Assembly: GCA_030704615.1 (NCBI GenBank)
Contig: CM060732.1
Span: 22,444,001-22,508,000, forward strand
Direction of reading: 5' to 3'
DNA length: 64,000 bases
Source of the DNA: Takakia lepidozioides
Lineage: Eukaryota > Plantae > Bryophyta
This document shows, piece after piece, positions 11,562-23,595 of this stretch. Positions within the stretch are counted from its first letter, which is position 1. The number at the start of each line of letters is the position of its first letter. The translations under genes and the position numbers were made by a program. Under the pieces are notes generated by a model, which saw only the letters and a list, made by a program, of their open reading frames with translations, was not told the DNA's origin and searched no databases.

Positions 11562-14330
11562 TGCGGTGCTCGACGAGACCTCCTCGGGCAACATCACAGG
11601 ACCACGAGGGAGCATGCGAATATTCTTGTCAGCTCGCCATGAATCCTCTTCTCCACCAGGTGCCTCGTCAAGTCTTCGTCTCACTGGACGGGTATGAACA
11701 TCTCCTTCCAAATGTTGGCCTCTTCGAAACAATGGCGTGTCCCGAAGGCCCTCTCGCAAGGCCGCCGCCCACTTCCGAGGATTCTTCGATCTGGAGGCAG
11801 TCCGCATCAGCATTTCCTGCCTATCCGCCCCAAAGCCCCACTGTTTCCCTTTCAAGAACTCGTTGTATCTGCTTTGCTGCATAATTGACCTCACAATGTC
11901 CTCCGTTGTGGCAGTGAGGATGTCCACCAGATGCGCCGCAGAGGAGGTACGCCAGGAAGAGTGCACTGATTCGGCCATGTTTGTCGTGGGCATGTCGGTG
12001 TCGGAGTCGAGACACATTTCCTGCACAAGCACATGTTGAGGTTACAAGCAAGTTACAAATAATGTCAAGAATAATATTCAACGGGACGCGAATTCGTGCA
12101 ACTCACCTCCCGCATATAGTCGCCGAACTGGAGGAAACGATAATGCCACCATGCTAGCCAACTGACCATTGCTCCCTCGTCTGATTTCTTTACAGCACCT
12201 GACGATGTCCACCAAGCCCGTATACATGCAAACTGTGTCTCTGCATCATCCAAGGTGAGAGCGCGCTTCCACGCAAGACACATGGAACGGTGCTCCTCTC
12301 TGAAATCTGGCGCCACGAGCCTGGTTGTGTACTGCGAAAGGCTCTGCAGAAAATGAACCCACAAGATCTCTCCTTGCCTTCCATGGGAACATTGGGGTCT
12401 TGCCCGTACACCCTTCGGATGGCAGCCCAATTTGCTTGTGCGTTGTCCGCCATGAAACCACGGAAATTGGGAGGGGGCAATCCCGCCTTGGCCATCTGTT
12501 CGTTTTATTCCCTGCCAAAGAAGCATCTCCGATTGTGTGTCCTCTCCTTTCATCTCACAAATAACAATTGTCATTAGCATCCTGCAATGGGTGTCATAGA
12601 CATGTGCACCCATTGTCACCCACTGGTGATTTGTAATTCACTTGATATGGTCGAACATGACCCAACTATTTGACAAGTCCCTACTCGTCATCCTGTCGAC
12701 CAGTTTGACGCCGCTGCCAGGTCCACACGTCGACATTTTGAATACGAAACAACGATCTGCCTCAGTCCCTTGTCCTGGAAACCGACTTCCATGAATGTAG
12801 TCATATCCACATCGTCGCTTCACCTCCAGAATTGAGTGTATATCCGAGCCATGCCCAATTTTCTGTTTGCATGACACAATTGGTTTTTCGGACATTCGGT
12901 GAACAGACGTGGGACACCGACTCCAGCATGCCTCCATTTCCTTGTCATCGAGAGGAACTCTGTCGGAGCCGTCTTCCGACATAATTCTGGCCAACGCCAT
13001 CTTATGGGTGGCTTGGAGCTGTATCTGTTTGGGTTTGGCACCCGGTCTCAACTTAACCTCCTCCTGAACGAGCTGCTCTGCTCGTGGGCAGCCTCCCGTG
13101 AGTTCCCCCTCGCCAATTTTAACAATGGGAACCAACGTTTATGCAAGCTCGGGTGAGGTCAGGGAAACGGTGCAACACATAGAACTGCTTGGCATTACAA
13201 ACAGACATGCAGTGTGGTGGTTCTTTGCAATGCGCACACTTAAATGTGGAGTTCGGAACCTCTCCTGAGCTCGAAATGGTTGATGAGCTGTGCCTGTCCA
13301 ATTCGGTCTCGTTCATGTGACCTCTGGATTTAAAGTGGAAGCAAGTTGGGGAGAAACACTGCAATGCGCCCGCACAAACAACGTAGCACACCCGCACACC
13401 ATCGAGCATCTTCATGCTGGTGGTTTTTGGTAACGCACCAAGGATGACCATTATGTTTTCTATCCATATCTGTCAACATTCCATCCAGACGCCCTCGAGT
13501 AGTCCGCCCAGGAGGGAACTCAAAGAGATATTACCGTCGACGTCTGCGGGAAGGCATGTAACCGATTTTTAAACTTGCGAACTTGCTGTAGTCCAGCCCG
13601 GCCAGCTCCGAGCGGTGTCCCTCCGTGTGAAGCCCTCGCAGAATTTCAAGAATAGATCGAACTGCGGTGCTCGTGCTGGGAATATGACTCCCTTTCCATT
13701 GACGTCCATTGAGGACTTGCCTGATCTCCAGGACGATCTCGGAACTTCCATGACCTCGTCTGAGTCGGACAGGTTGTGAATAACCCGTTTCTCGCTCGTC
13801 TTCATTGATGGTTTCGGCTCTGGATTTACTTTCGTTGCGGACTTCTCTCTTTGAGGTACCCACTCTCTGATTCGCGGATTGTTTCGTTGAAGGCGCCAAG
13901 ATAGAAGGTGCATTTGGGGGCAAATGAAGTCCCCAACAGCCCTGTATATGACGATGTCCGATGGTGAAACTCGCCATTTCCCTGCCATTGCCGAAATCAT
14001 CGGTGGAGCACAACAATACTCTCGACACAAACGTCGTTTGAGTCCCTTCCTTTCCTCCTCCAAAAAAACCGACCCCGGTTTCAGGTGGTATCGAACGCAC
14101 AGATATTTCTCCATCACCCGGCAGATGTCCCCTCTGCACAGAAATGAAGCTCTATGCTCGTGAGGAGGGCAGTACATTGTAGCGCTCGGGTTTTCCGCCA
14201 TGGGAGATGTGCACACAAGACTGCCAGGATGGCGTGCGGACAAGCTCCCTGGTAGAAGGGGGATGCAACAATGGGAAGGAATGCGGTGCCGATTTGTCCG
14301 AGCGACGAAGCCTGATCCAAATCCAGGGAG
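11562..14330 (-). pseudogene. MULE transposase B, 3'-truncated at 11562 and frameshifted
   Basis: CAGALQCFSPTC...INVGSHC; WVMFDHIK; GFMADNAQ; ERSCGF; TTNMAESVHSSW (catalytic E); colinear with transposase A. Confidence 0.85.
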
Positions 14331-14499
14331 CCAACTATCTCAAAAATCCACAGTCAGAGTGTTAATGAACCTTGTCTCCGGAATGCAGCCCCTGGTCTTT
14401 GCGCAATAACTGCCAACAGTATGCAGTCAGAAAGTGGGGGGCCGTCCGGATGATGTCGGCTGAAGGGGAGAAGCCGACACCGTGTCGTCACATTACTAC

Positions 14500-15600
14500 C
14501 CCTGAATGGTAATTCGGAACCGAATATCCAACCGGGGCCGCACGGATGAAGTCGCCTCGGGCAGAGAGGCCGACGCCTGTCCGACAGAGAGCATCCCCCG
14601 GATGGAAATTCAGCGCCGAATTTCCATCCGGATCCCCCCAAAAGAAGTCGTGTCGGGGGGTCATGCCGAAAACTGGTCGACATAAAAACCTCCCCGGATG
14701 GAAAAACGGCGCCGAATTTCCATCCGGGGCCGTTCGGAGGCAGTCGGGGAGGGGGGAGAGGCAGGCACCTGGCCGTCACATTTCAACCCCCGGACGGAAA
14801 TTCGGCACCGAATATCCAACAGGGGACGCCCGGATGAAGTCGCCTCGGGCGGAGAGGCCGGCACGTGTCCGACAGAGAGCATCCCCAGGATGGAGATTCG
14901 GCACCGAATTTCCATCCGGGCCCCCCCAAAGGAAGTCGTGTCGGGGGGTCAGGCCGAAAACTGGTCAACATAAAAACCTCCCCGGATGGAAAAACGGCGC
15001 CGAATTTCCATCCAAGGCCGTTCCGATGCAGTCAGGGAGGGGGGAGAGGCCGGCACCTGGCCGTCACATTTCAACCCCCGGACGGAAATTCGGCACCGAA
15101 TATCCAACAGGGGACGCCCGGATGAAGTCGCCTCGGGCGGAGAGGCCGGCACGTGTCCGACAGAGAGCATCCCCTGGATGGAGATTCGGCGCCGAATTTC
15201 CATCCGGCCCCCCCAAAGGAAGTCGTGTCGGGGGGTCAGGCCGAAAACTGGTTGACATAAAAACCTCCCCGGATGGAAAAACGGCGCCGAATTTCCATCC
15301 GGGGCCGTTCGGATGCAATCGGGGAGGGGGGAGACGCCGGCACCCGTCACATTTCAACCCCCGGACGGAAATTCGGCACCGAATATCCAACAGGGGACGC
15401 CCGGATGAAGTCGCCTCGGGCGGAGAGGAAGGCATCTGTCCGACAGAGAGCATCCCCCGGATGGAAATTCGGCGCCGAATTTCCATCCGGGCCCCATCAA
15501 TGGAAGTCCGGTCGGGTGGTGAGGCCGAAAACTGGACAATTTAAAAACCTCCCAGGATGGAAAAACGGCGCCGAATTTCCGTCCGGGGCCGTTCCGATTT
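14500..15600. repeat. Tandem array with about 288-bp unit (about 4 copies), three palindromic cores per unit
   Basis: ATGAAGTCGCCTCGGGC recurs at 14546, 14834, 15122 and 15405; cores are GGATGGAAATTCGGCGCCGAATTTCCATCC and variants. Confidence 0.95.
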
Positions 15601-15704
15601 CCCTTTAGCAGTCGAGGAGTCCATGAAAAACGTGTCTAAAAGTGGACTTCAGCCACAAAACTAACAGTTTACTGTGTTTTTCTCCGAAAAACCAAGCGGC
15701 CACT

Positions 15705-17030
15705 CTCAGAATTACCTGCAGGATGGTAATTCGGCGCTTAGACTTACCTGGCGGATGGAAATTCGGCGCCGAATTTCCATCCATCCGGGCTTCGAATTAC
15801 CTGCATGACGGAAATTCGGCGCTTGAAATTACCTGCAGGATTGAAATTCAGCGCCGAATTTCCATCCTGCGGCGCTCCAAATTACCTGCATGACGAAAAT
15901 TTGGTGCGCCGCCCTACCTGGCAGATGGAAATCCGGCGCCGGATTTCCATCCATCCGCGCGCAGAATTACCTGCGTGACGGAAATTTCGCGCGCCGCCCT
16001 ACCTGGCGGATGGAAATCCGGCCCTGAATTACCAGCATGACGAAAATTTGGTGCGCCGCCCTACCTGGCGGATGGAAATCCGGCGCCGGATTTCCATCCA
16101 TCCGCGCGTAGAATTACCTGCGTGACACAAATTTCGCGCGCCGACGTACGTGGCGGATGGAAATCCAGCACCGGATTTCCATCCATCCGGCTCCGAATTA
16201 CCAGCCTGACGAAAATTTGGCGCGCCGCCCTACCTGGCGGATGAAAATCCGGCGCCGGATTTCCATCCATCCGCACGCAGAATTACCTGCATGATGCGTG
16301 CCGCCCTACCTGGCGGATGGAAATCCGGCGCCTGATTTCCATCCATCCGTGCGCAGAATTACCTGCGTGACGGAAATTTCGCGCACCGTCCTACCTAGCG
16401 AATGGAAATCCGGCGCCGGATTTCCATCCATCCGGCCCTGAATTACCAGAATGACGAAAATTTGGTGCGCCGCCCTACCTGGCGGATGGAAATCCGGCGC
16501 CGGATTTCCATCCATCCGCGCGCAGAATTACCTACGTGACGGAAATTTCGCGCACCGCCCTACCTGGCGGATGGAAATCCGGCGCCGGATTTCCATCCAT
16601 CCGCGTGCAAAATTACCTGCGTGACGGAAATTTTGCGCGCCGCCCTACCTGGCGGATGGAAATCCGGCGCCGGATTTCCATCCATCCGGCTCCGAATTAC
16701 CAGCATGACGAAAATTTGGCGCGCCGCCCTACCTGGCGGATGGAAATCCGGCGCCGGATTTCCATCCATCCGCGCGCATAATTACCTGCGTGACGGAAAT
16801 TTCGCGCGCCGCCCTACGTAGCGGATGGAAATCCGGCGTCGGGATTTCCATCCATCCGCGCGCAGAATTACCTGCGTGACAAAAAATTTGCGCGCCGCCC
16901 TACCTGGCGGATGGAAATCCGGCGCCGGATTTCCATTTATCCGCGCTCCGAATTACCTACAGGATGGAAGTCTGGCGCCGGATTCCCATCCTGCAGCGCT
17001 CCGAATTACCTCTACGTTGGAAATTCGGGG
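15705..17030. repeat. Tandem array with about 85-bp unit, each holding a 30-bp perfect palindrome
   Basis: Repeated GGATGGAAATCCGGCGCCGGATTTCCATCC; AATTACC recurs at about 85-bp spacing across 16525-16870. Confidence 0.95.
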
Positions 17031-17949
17031 CCGAGTTGCGTCATATTTCATCCGACATAGAGGGCTTCATCCGACATTTAATTGCGTAGTTCAGCATTAA
17101 ATGTCCACCGCCGTCCGTTTTGATTCGGGCTGGCGATACAGGGATTCCGCGGTTGCTTCCTCGATACATACCCTAAATCTGATGCTAAACTTGGATTAAC
17201 TTCTATTCGAGGCATGTACCCCAAAAAACTGAGATCTTTTTTCTTTTTGGCTGGGACTTATGCCGCCTGAAGGGCGTGGGTCTCCTGAGAGAGACCCCAC
17301 ATCCAGACCGCGGCGGAAGTTGAGAGCTTTGTACTTTGGACGACGGCCAATCTCTCGCATGGCCAAACTTAAGCTCCAGTAGGAGATTCCAGTGTCTTGC
17401 TCACAACCCGCGCCAACTGAAGCCGAGTACTCTCAGGCAAGCCACTTCTGCTTTCGCTTTGTTGTTTCGCTTTGTTGTTTCGCTTTGTTTTCGCCTCTTC
17501 ATCCTGGCATCGCTGGAAGCGTATGGTTGCATCGCAAAAGCAGGAGCTATTGCGAAGAATGATCAAGGTCTGAGTGGTTAAAAATTAAGGAAATCCATGC
17601 TGAGCTGAGAAGAATGTCTGAGCAGATGAAGTGCCTTCAAAACATTTCACCCTGTTTTCCCGTCTTATGGAATTCCTGATCATTTGTTCATCGTGTTTCA
17701 TATTACCGGTTGAGTGAACCTTACATAGTTTGCAATGCGTGTGCAAAGCCGGCAGCTCTGGAGAAGGCTGCTTTGTGCATGTCATTCTTAGGCATTGGTT
17801 GGATTTGTTTTCATTGTTGTTCCATGGCACTCCATACTTCCTAAACTTGTTTTGTTTTCATTGTTGTTCCACGATTGTTGCTATGGTGGTTGCGTTGCTC
17901 GTTGCGATGCTGGTTTTGGCGCCGATGTTGGTTCTCACGATTTTTGGGA

Positions 17950-20900
17950 ATGACAGAGTGACGACGAGCCCGGCACGCTGGTGGTATCATCGACAGCTCC
18001 AACTCATCGCATGTTTGAATCGCCCAACTTGGGGCGAGAGGGCAAACTTAAACCTTTTGTTGGTAGACGGGAGGACCTGCAGCGAGAGTACGACAGAATA
18101 GGCATTGGGCAGGTTGGTGCAGGCGGCATGGCAGGTGAAGGGCGTGAGGACGTGAGGACAGCAGATCCGGCAATGGAGGTTGTTGATGCACATGCAGTAG
18201 GGCCCGCCCACGCAAAGAAGAAGAAGAAAGCTAAGCACATGCAATCCCCGGCGAGAGAGCCGTCACGGGCTGCGGAGGGGGGAGTGAGCAGTGCGCGCAA
18301 GGGTGTCAGTTCACCTCAATCAAAGGTGGTCGTCCTGGAGGGCTCCCTTGCTGCTAGCCCTAGTAAGAAACAGAAAGCCCATGAGAGGGCAAAAGAGAGG
18401 GCAAAAGAACAAGCGAGACAAAATGCTAGCAAGGAGGAAAGAGAAAAGGCCACTGAAGAGGCCAGGGGTGCCCAAATGACAGATGCCAATGTAAGCGAGG
18501 GACGCACAGAGACGGTGGATCCCTCCAAGACACCACAAAGAGGCAGTAACACACTGATTAGACCATCGCGGGCAAGAGCAGCCCCTGCAATTACCCATAC
18601 GGTGGAGAGTGGAGGAGAGGAAAGAACACCAGAAAGAGCACGGATTGTGCCAGTTCGAGGTGAAGCCGGGGAGAGGGCAGTACAGACGGGGAGAGTGCTC
18701 GAGGTGGTTTCGCCGGTGGCTGACCATGTTGAGGAGGACGACAGGGAGCTTTCTGACCAGGATGACATCCTCCCGGACATCCCCAGGCCCCAAACCCGCA
18801 GCATACAGGCTGGATTTGGCGGTCCTGGTGGGCTGCCGGAGAACCCCTCTGCAGCAGACGTCATGTCGGAGGCGGATATAAAGTTGGCCGCTGCCAAGAT
18901 GTCGGAGGCAACCCACAGCAACATTGGCAAGGTGCTGGGGGCATGGTGTACCCGGCCAAGCTTCGGATTCCCCTTTGCCGCTTGGTGTCATTGCAGGTGG
19001 TGAGACCTGCCCTCCCATGCGATATCGACAAGCTGAAATTCTCTTTCCGGGATGGATATCGAATGGGGTCTGCCGCGTTTTACGTTTCCATTGAGAACGA
19101 CCACGGAGCTTCCCGTGCCCACACTTCCGATGAGGTGGACAAATGGGGTCCCCATTGGCAAAGGCGAAATGAGGAGTTCGAGAGAACGATTGCTACTGAT
19201 CCTCTTTTCCAGCACTTGTCCGGTAAGATGTTTTACATGTGGGACGGCAATCATCGCCTCCTGGCATGGATGGAGCACATAGCCGAAGCCCACCCCAACG
19301 ACCTCGATTGGCATTTCGCCGTGGAGTGTGTTGTGCTGAAGGTTGCGGGGCCCAAAGATCGCAGTCTTCTCAAAGCTGCAATGGCGGACATCAACTCGTA
19401 AGTTACAACACCTCTTGCTTTTGGACCCATCCGATTGTAAGTCATTTCATTGCGAATCCTCATATTTGTTGAAAATTCCCATTTCAGTATTGTTTGATGG
19501 AAATGTGGCATTGCAGGGTGACTGAGAATGCCTTCATTGCCACCAACTTGTCCCATATGCTCTTCCGAGTGAAGGATGTCGGGAAGGAGGGGGTGCAAGA
19601 GTTTGCCAATTCGCTCAGTGCCGACCTCCTGCGCAAGTCAGAGGCAAAGGCAGACAGAACCTGGTATAGGCTGAGCATGGACGCCATGGTGGAGTACATA
19701 TTTCGGGTAAAGCTCCTCACTGTTTTGTTGAGCTAATGTGTCTCTCCTCCCCCAATAGAAGAAAAAGTGTTGAGCAGGATCTCTAATCTTATGTGCGCAT
19801 TCTTGACAAACGAAAATTCAGCAGGATTTGGCACATGCGCAGAGGTTCTACATGGAGTCAGAGGAGAAGAATCTAACCCTCCCGGCACTCGAATCGTATC
19901 TCAAAGTTGCGGAGGCCAGGGCCCGCATAAAGTACAAGTCGCGGATGGTAAAGTACGTGGCCATAGCTGATCCCGCCCTTGGTGCCGACTTTCTGGTGGA
20001 GGTGGGGAAGCACTACTCCCGCGCTCTGAGGCCCACGATGACATTGGAGAAGCTCCATCGTCTAGCCACATCCTGTGTGGATGCAACAGAAAAGGTGATA
20101 CATTCTTAACCAAATTGTGGTGGCAACAACTCGTTTTTGTGGTGTTTGGCGCTTACGAATATGCTGGGTGGTTGGACAGACCCGGTGGCTCCAAATCTGG
20201 AATGGTTCCCAAAGTACAAGGGACATGTGGAGCTTCCCCAAACCGGACAAACTGTCTGACCCCACATTCGACATGTGGATGAACCGCATGACATGGTGGT
20301 TTTAGGTACTTCCCCACGCTTCGTTTGGCACTTCTACTCTTGTAGGGGGTGGATTCATTGTATTTTTTGAGGAAAGCGATCTGATGGAGAATCTCCACAG
20401 GTGACGACGAATGCGCAAGAGCAGCTGGACACACAAGCACATCAGTTCAAGATGGAGATTTTTCCTGCAGCAGAGAGCCTACGCGACTATGTGACGAGGT
20501 ACTTTCTGCTCTACAAAACCGACCTATTCTTTCGGGAGATACCCCATGCCCGCCGGAGCCACGAGTTCACCGACCAGCCGAACGCGGACAAAGCAGCAAT
20601 GCGCCTTCTGTACAGGTACATACGCGATGTCTTCCTTTCAAGTCCTTACATTTCAGGATGTTAGAGGCCTCATGTGGCGCATGAAAATTGGTCTTTGGGA
20701 AAATGGCGCCAAATTTCCAGTTCAGGGCTCCGAAAATGGCTAAGTCCCTAGGGTGCCTGGCCCTAAACTGGAAATTCGGCGCCATTTTTCCAGTTCAAGG
20801 CCATATTACCGTTCTGGGACTTAGCCATTTTCGGGCGGGAAATGGGAAAATGGTGCCGAATTTCCAGTTCCGGGCTCCCAAGATGGCTAAGTCCCTAGGG

Positions 20901-22801
20901 TGGCAGTCACCGAAAACCGAAATTCGGCGTCATTTCTCCATTTCTAGGCCCAGTCAGATCCGCCCCAACCTGGGAAAATGGTGCCGAATTTGCAGTTCAG
21001 GGACCTCATTGTGTTTTTCATGAATGCAGGTACTGCAAGTTCTCCCTTTTGGAGAAAGGTCATCTGTCTTTCGAGCCACCATTCTTCCTGGCATGGAGGA
21101 ACCCTGGGGCTGACTCCATGTACACTGACGATATTGTGAAGGAGTGGCATCTGGAACATTTGCGTGATTGCCCTTGGTATGTGGACCTTCTGCCCGGCTC
21201 GCTCGACCCATCCGAGTTTCAATTGAAACTGGATGCTGAGGCCTGACGAAACTGGGCTCCGCTGCCTCCGCTGGGTGCAAAAGAGGCAAAAGCGCTTGCG
21301 AACTCCAGGAAAGCGGCAGAGCTTGCTCAGGCAGGAATTCAGGAGAAATTGAATGAAAAGAATAAAGGCCAAAGGAAAAGGACAAGGAAACAGGTGAGTA
21401 CAGTAACACCCAAAAAATAGAAAACCATTGGGGCATCGGAGGAGGCGCAGGAGGGGACCCAAGGGAGTGACTCGGACGACGACTTTGTTCAAGGTCCTGC
21501 GACTGCTGTTGCTGCTACCAAGTCACCGGTCGTCCGGGTTCCCAAGTCAGTTCGGGGTGGGACTGGCTCTGCCAAGAAGTTGGCATTTGAGGGTGAGCCT
21601 ACACGGCGGTATTCGGCGGTGATGTTTACGCACAGGCCAAAGCTAGAACCTCCAACCATCATCCAATGCGTCAATGAGAGCTTCCTTGACGCTCTCGCTG
21701 CCAAGGCGAAGAAGGTGGCACACAGCAAGTCTCTGGCGGAGCAGAAGGGGAAAGCCAAGAAGAGGGCTGCCGGTATAGAGCCTAAAGACACCCCTGGTTT
21801 TGAAGCCATGATGGAATTCTTCACGGCTGTGAGCACGGATTGCAAGAGCACTCGGGGGGGGGGGTTGAGGTGGAGAGAGCTTGCGATATGATTCTCCTCG
21901 ACATTCCAGATGGGGAGCTGCTGGAGGGCCTGGATGGTGTGCCCACCTGGAACAGGTTTACTGAGGACTACTGGAAAGCCGGGTTTGGGCTAGCAGGGAT
22001 GCTCCTGGATGACGGTGGATGTGTGGTTGTCCTTTCCACAAGAGGGAAGACCACAGAGAATGCGGTGGCAAGATGGACACCGAAAAGTGTCACCCCGGTC
22101 CTCCTCATAAAATGGTTCTGCATCAATACACAGGGGTTGCGAACAGAGGGCCAAAGTGTAAGTTATCAATCCATTGCATTCACCTCATATTGTGGTGTAT
22201 CTAAACTAGATCCCGGAGTTGATCCCTCTTTTGTTGGATGTGCAGACATTGGTGTTTGAGGCATATTGCTTTGTGAAGAGAGGGTCTACGTTCAAATTCT
22301 GCAATGACAGTCGTCTTGTTGATGCCGCTATGGACCCTGTTACCTACGATGTCCTCTACAACTATGTGCCCCACTTCAGTATGTCGAAGGACACAAAGAC
22401 AGGCAAACCGTGGCGGTACAGCCGGACCCGGGAGCCCTGCTTTCATCCAAACCCTCATGGAGACGTGCTCGGATGTCCAAGGGCGGATTCTGGACCTCAC
22501 ATGCGGCACGTGTAAGCCTTCACGTGCTCAGTTTGTCCCCTGGCCCGATTGCAATTGCATGCTGCAAGCTATTAACCGCCCGCTTTGTTCCTCAGGTGCT
22601 TCAATGTGGGCAGGGACGTTGTCCGACAGGCATGTGTTCGCCTTCGAGCCAGATACTGCCCTCCACAACCCGGAACTTGCAGCGGCTGAACGTCTGCCAA
22701 AAGAGGAAGAGGCATCCTCGGAGGATGAGGAAAAATCCGAGAAGGAGCAGGGGGAGGAACAAGTTGGGATCGAGGCCGAGGAGCCCCCGGTGTACGAGTG
22801 A
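17950..22801 (+). pseudogene. Multi-exon gene: disordered N-terminus, ParB/Srx-like domain, helical region, beta-class amino (N6A/N4C) methyltransferase-like domain
   Basis: FYMWDGNHRLLAW near 19243; CDMILLDIPD near 21900 (motif IV position); then AFIQTLMETCS..GRILDLTCGT/GASMWAGTLSDRHVFAFEPD (motifs X, I, II after IV, i.e. beta order); GT-AG introns such as 20616-21029 and 22511-22595; some frameshifts. Confidence 0.72.
20690..21000. repeat. Intronic cluster of GGAAATT-CGGCGCC-type imperfect palindromes
   Basis: GGAAAATGGCGCCAAATTTCCAG, CTGGAAATTCGGCGCCATTTTTCCAG, GGAAAATGGTGCCGAATTTCCAG and others within intron 20616-21029. Confidence 0.8.
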
Positions 22802-22927
22802 GTGGTCGCATTGTAAGTTGCCTCCAGATTTCGTGAGGCACCTCCCTTCGCTCTCTTATTTCATTGAAAACCCTTTCTGCTTCTGCTGGTATTGACATTC
22901 TTGAAGTGGATTTGTTCTTACTGTAGG

Positions 22928-23386
22928 ATGTCAAGTACGGCAGGAGGGACGTCTACACCGGAGTTCATGGGCAGGAAGAACGTGCCTTTTTTTGCCAGGG
23001 GGGATTTCATGCCTAGTCCAGAAAGGGACTACATCCTTCCTACTTATGCTGCCCGGCTTGCTTCAGTGTCCATTATGAGGTGTTCCGAACCTAGTCGTGT
23101 ACAGCAGATTTTAGATGAGGGAAGCCTCAAGAAAATGAAGATGAGGGAGGAGGCAGCAGCTATTAGAGCCCGTCAGGCTCGTAGATTTGTCTTGGATTCT
23201 GCTAAGGAAAGTGGGGGAGAAGAGGCAGAAGATTCCCAGGAGGTGAGGTGGACAGTCCCCCAAGGAGAGGACGGCATTTTTGAGAGGCATACTGCAACCG
23301 ATGCATCACAGAGCTCGGAGGATGGGGGGGATGAGGGGGATGAGGAAGAAGGAGGGCCAAGTTCCTCGGAAGGTGTAGGAGAGTAG
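22928..23386 (+). CDS. Small accessory ORF of the Mutator-like element, function unknown
   Basis: NVPFFARGDFM...EVRWTVPQGEDG is conserved in a diverged paralog at 62108-62485. Confidence 0.6.
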   Translation: MSSTAGGTSTPEFMGRKNVPFFARGDFMPSPERDYILPTYAARLASVSIMRCSEPSRVQQILDEGSLKKMKMREEAAAIRARQARRFVLDSAKESGGEEAEDSQEVRWTVPQGEDGIFERHTATDASQSSEDGGDEGDEEEGGPSSSEGVGE

Positions 23387-23539
23387 TTCCCATTCTTGCT
23401 ATGACAGTTAGGACACACTTGTATAGACGTGGCTTGCCACAAAATTTGCAATAAAATGTTGCATTTCATTGCTATGACGAGTCCACATGACCCTATTTCC
23501 GTGCCTCATAACCCTATTTCCGTGGATAGACAATGGCCC

Positions 23540-23595
23540 GCTCATGCTTTTTTTTTTCCCGCTCATGCTCATGCCGCTCATGAAATAGCAGCCCC
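23540..23595. repeat. Right TIR and subterminal GCTCATG repeats of MULE copy B
   Basis: Reverse complement is GGGGCTGCTATTTCATGAGC, identical to 60776-60795. Confidence 0.85.

Larger units (their letters stand above)
11562..23595. mobile_element. Mutator-like DNA transposon copy B (left end missing) with palindrome arrays, ParB-MTase gene, accessory gene and right TIR
   Basis: Transposase paralog of copy A; ends in TIR GCTCATGAAATAGCAGCCCC at 23576-23595. Confidence 0.75.

Noticed and set aside
15705-17030. CRISPR-like array (palindromic repeat plus spacer)
   Set aside because: The spacers are repeats of one another, there are no cas genes, and the context is eukaryotic.
14354-17100. Many ORFs up to 332 aa in the GC-rich arrays
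   Set aside because: They are translations of tandem palindromic repeats and appear on both strands.
2284-23595. One intact 21-kb Mutator element
   Set aside because: The flanks (CAATGGAAC versus CATTTAAAG) are not a TSD, and two different transposase copies are fused at 11561.
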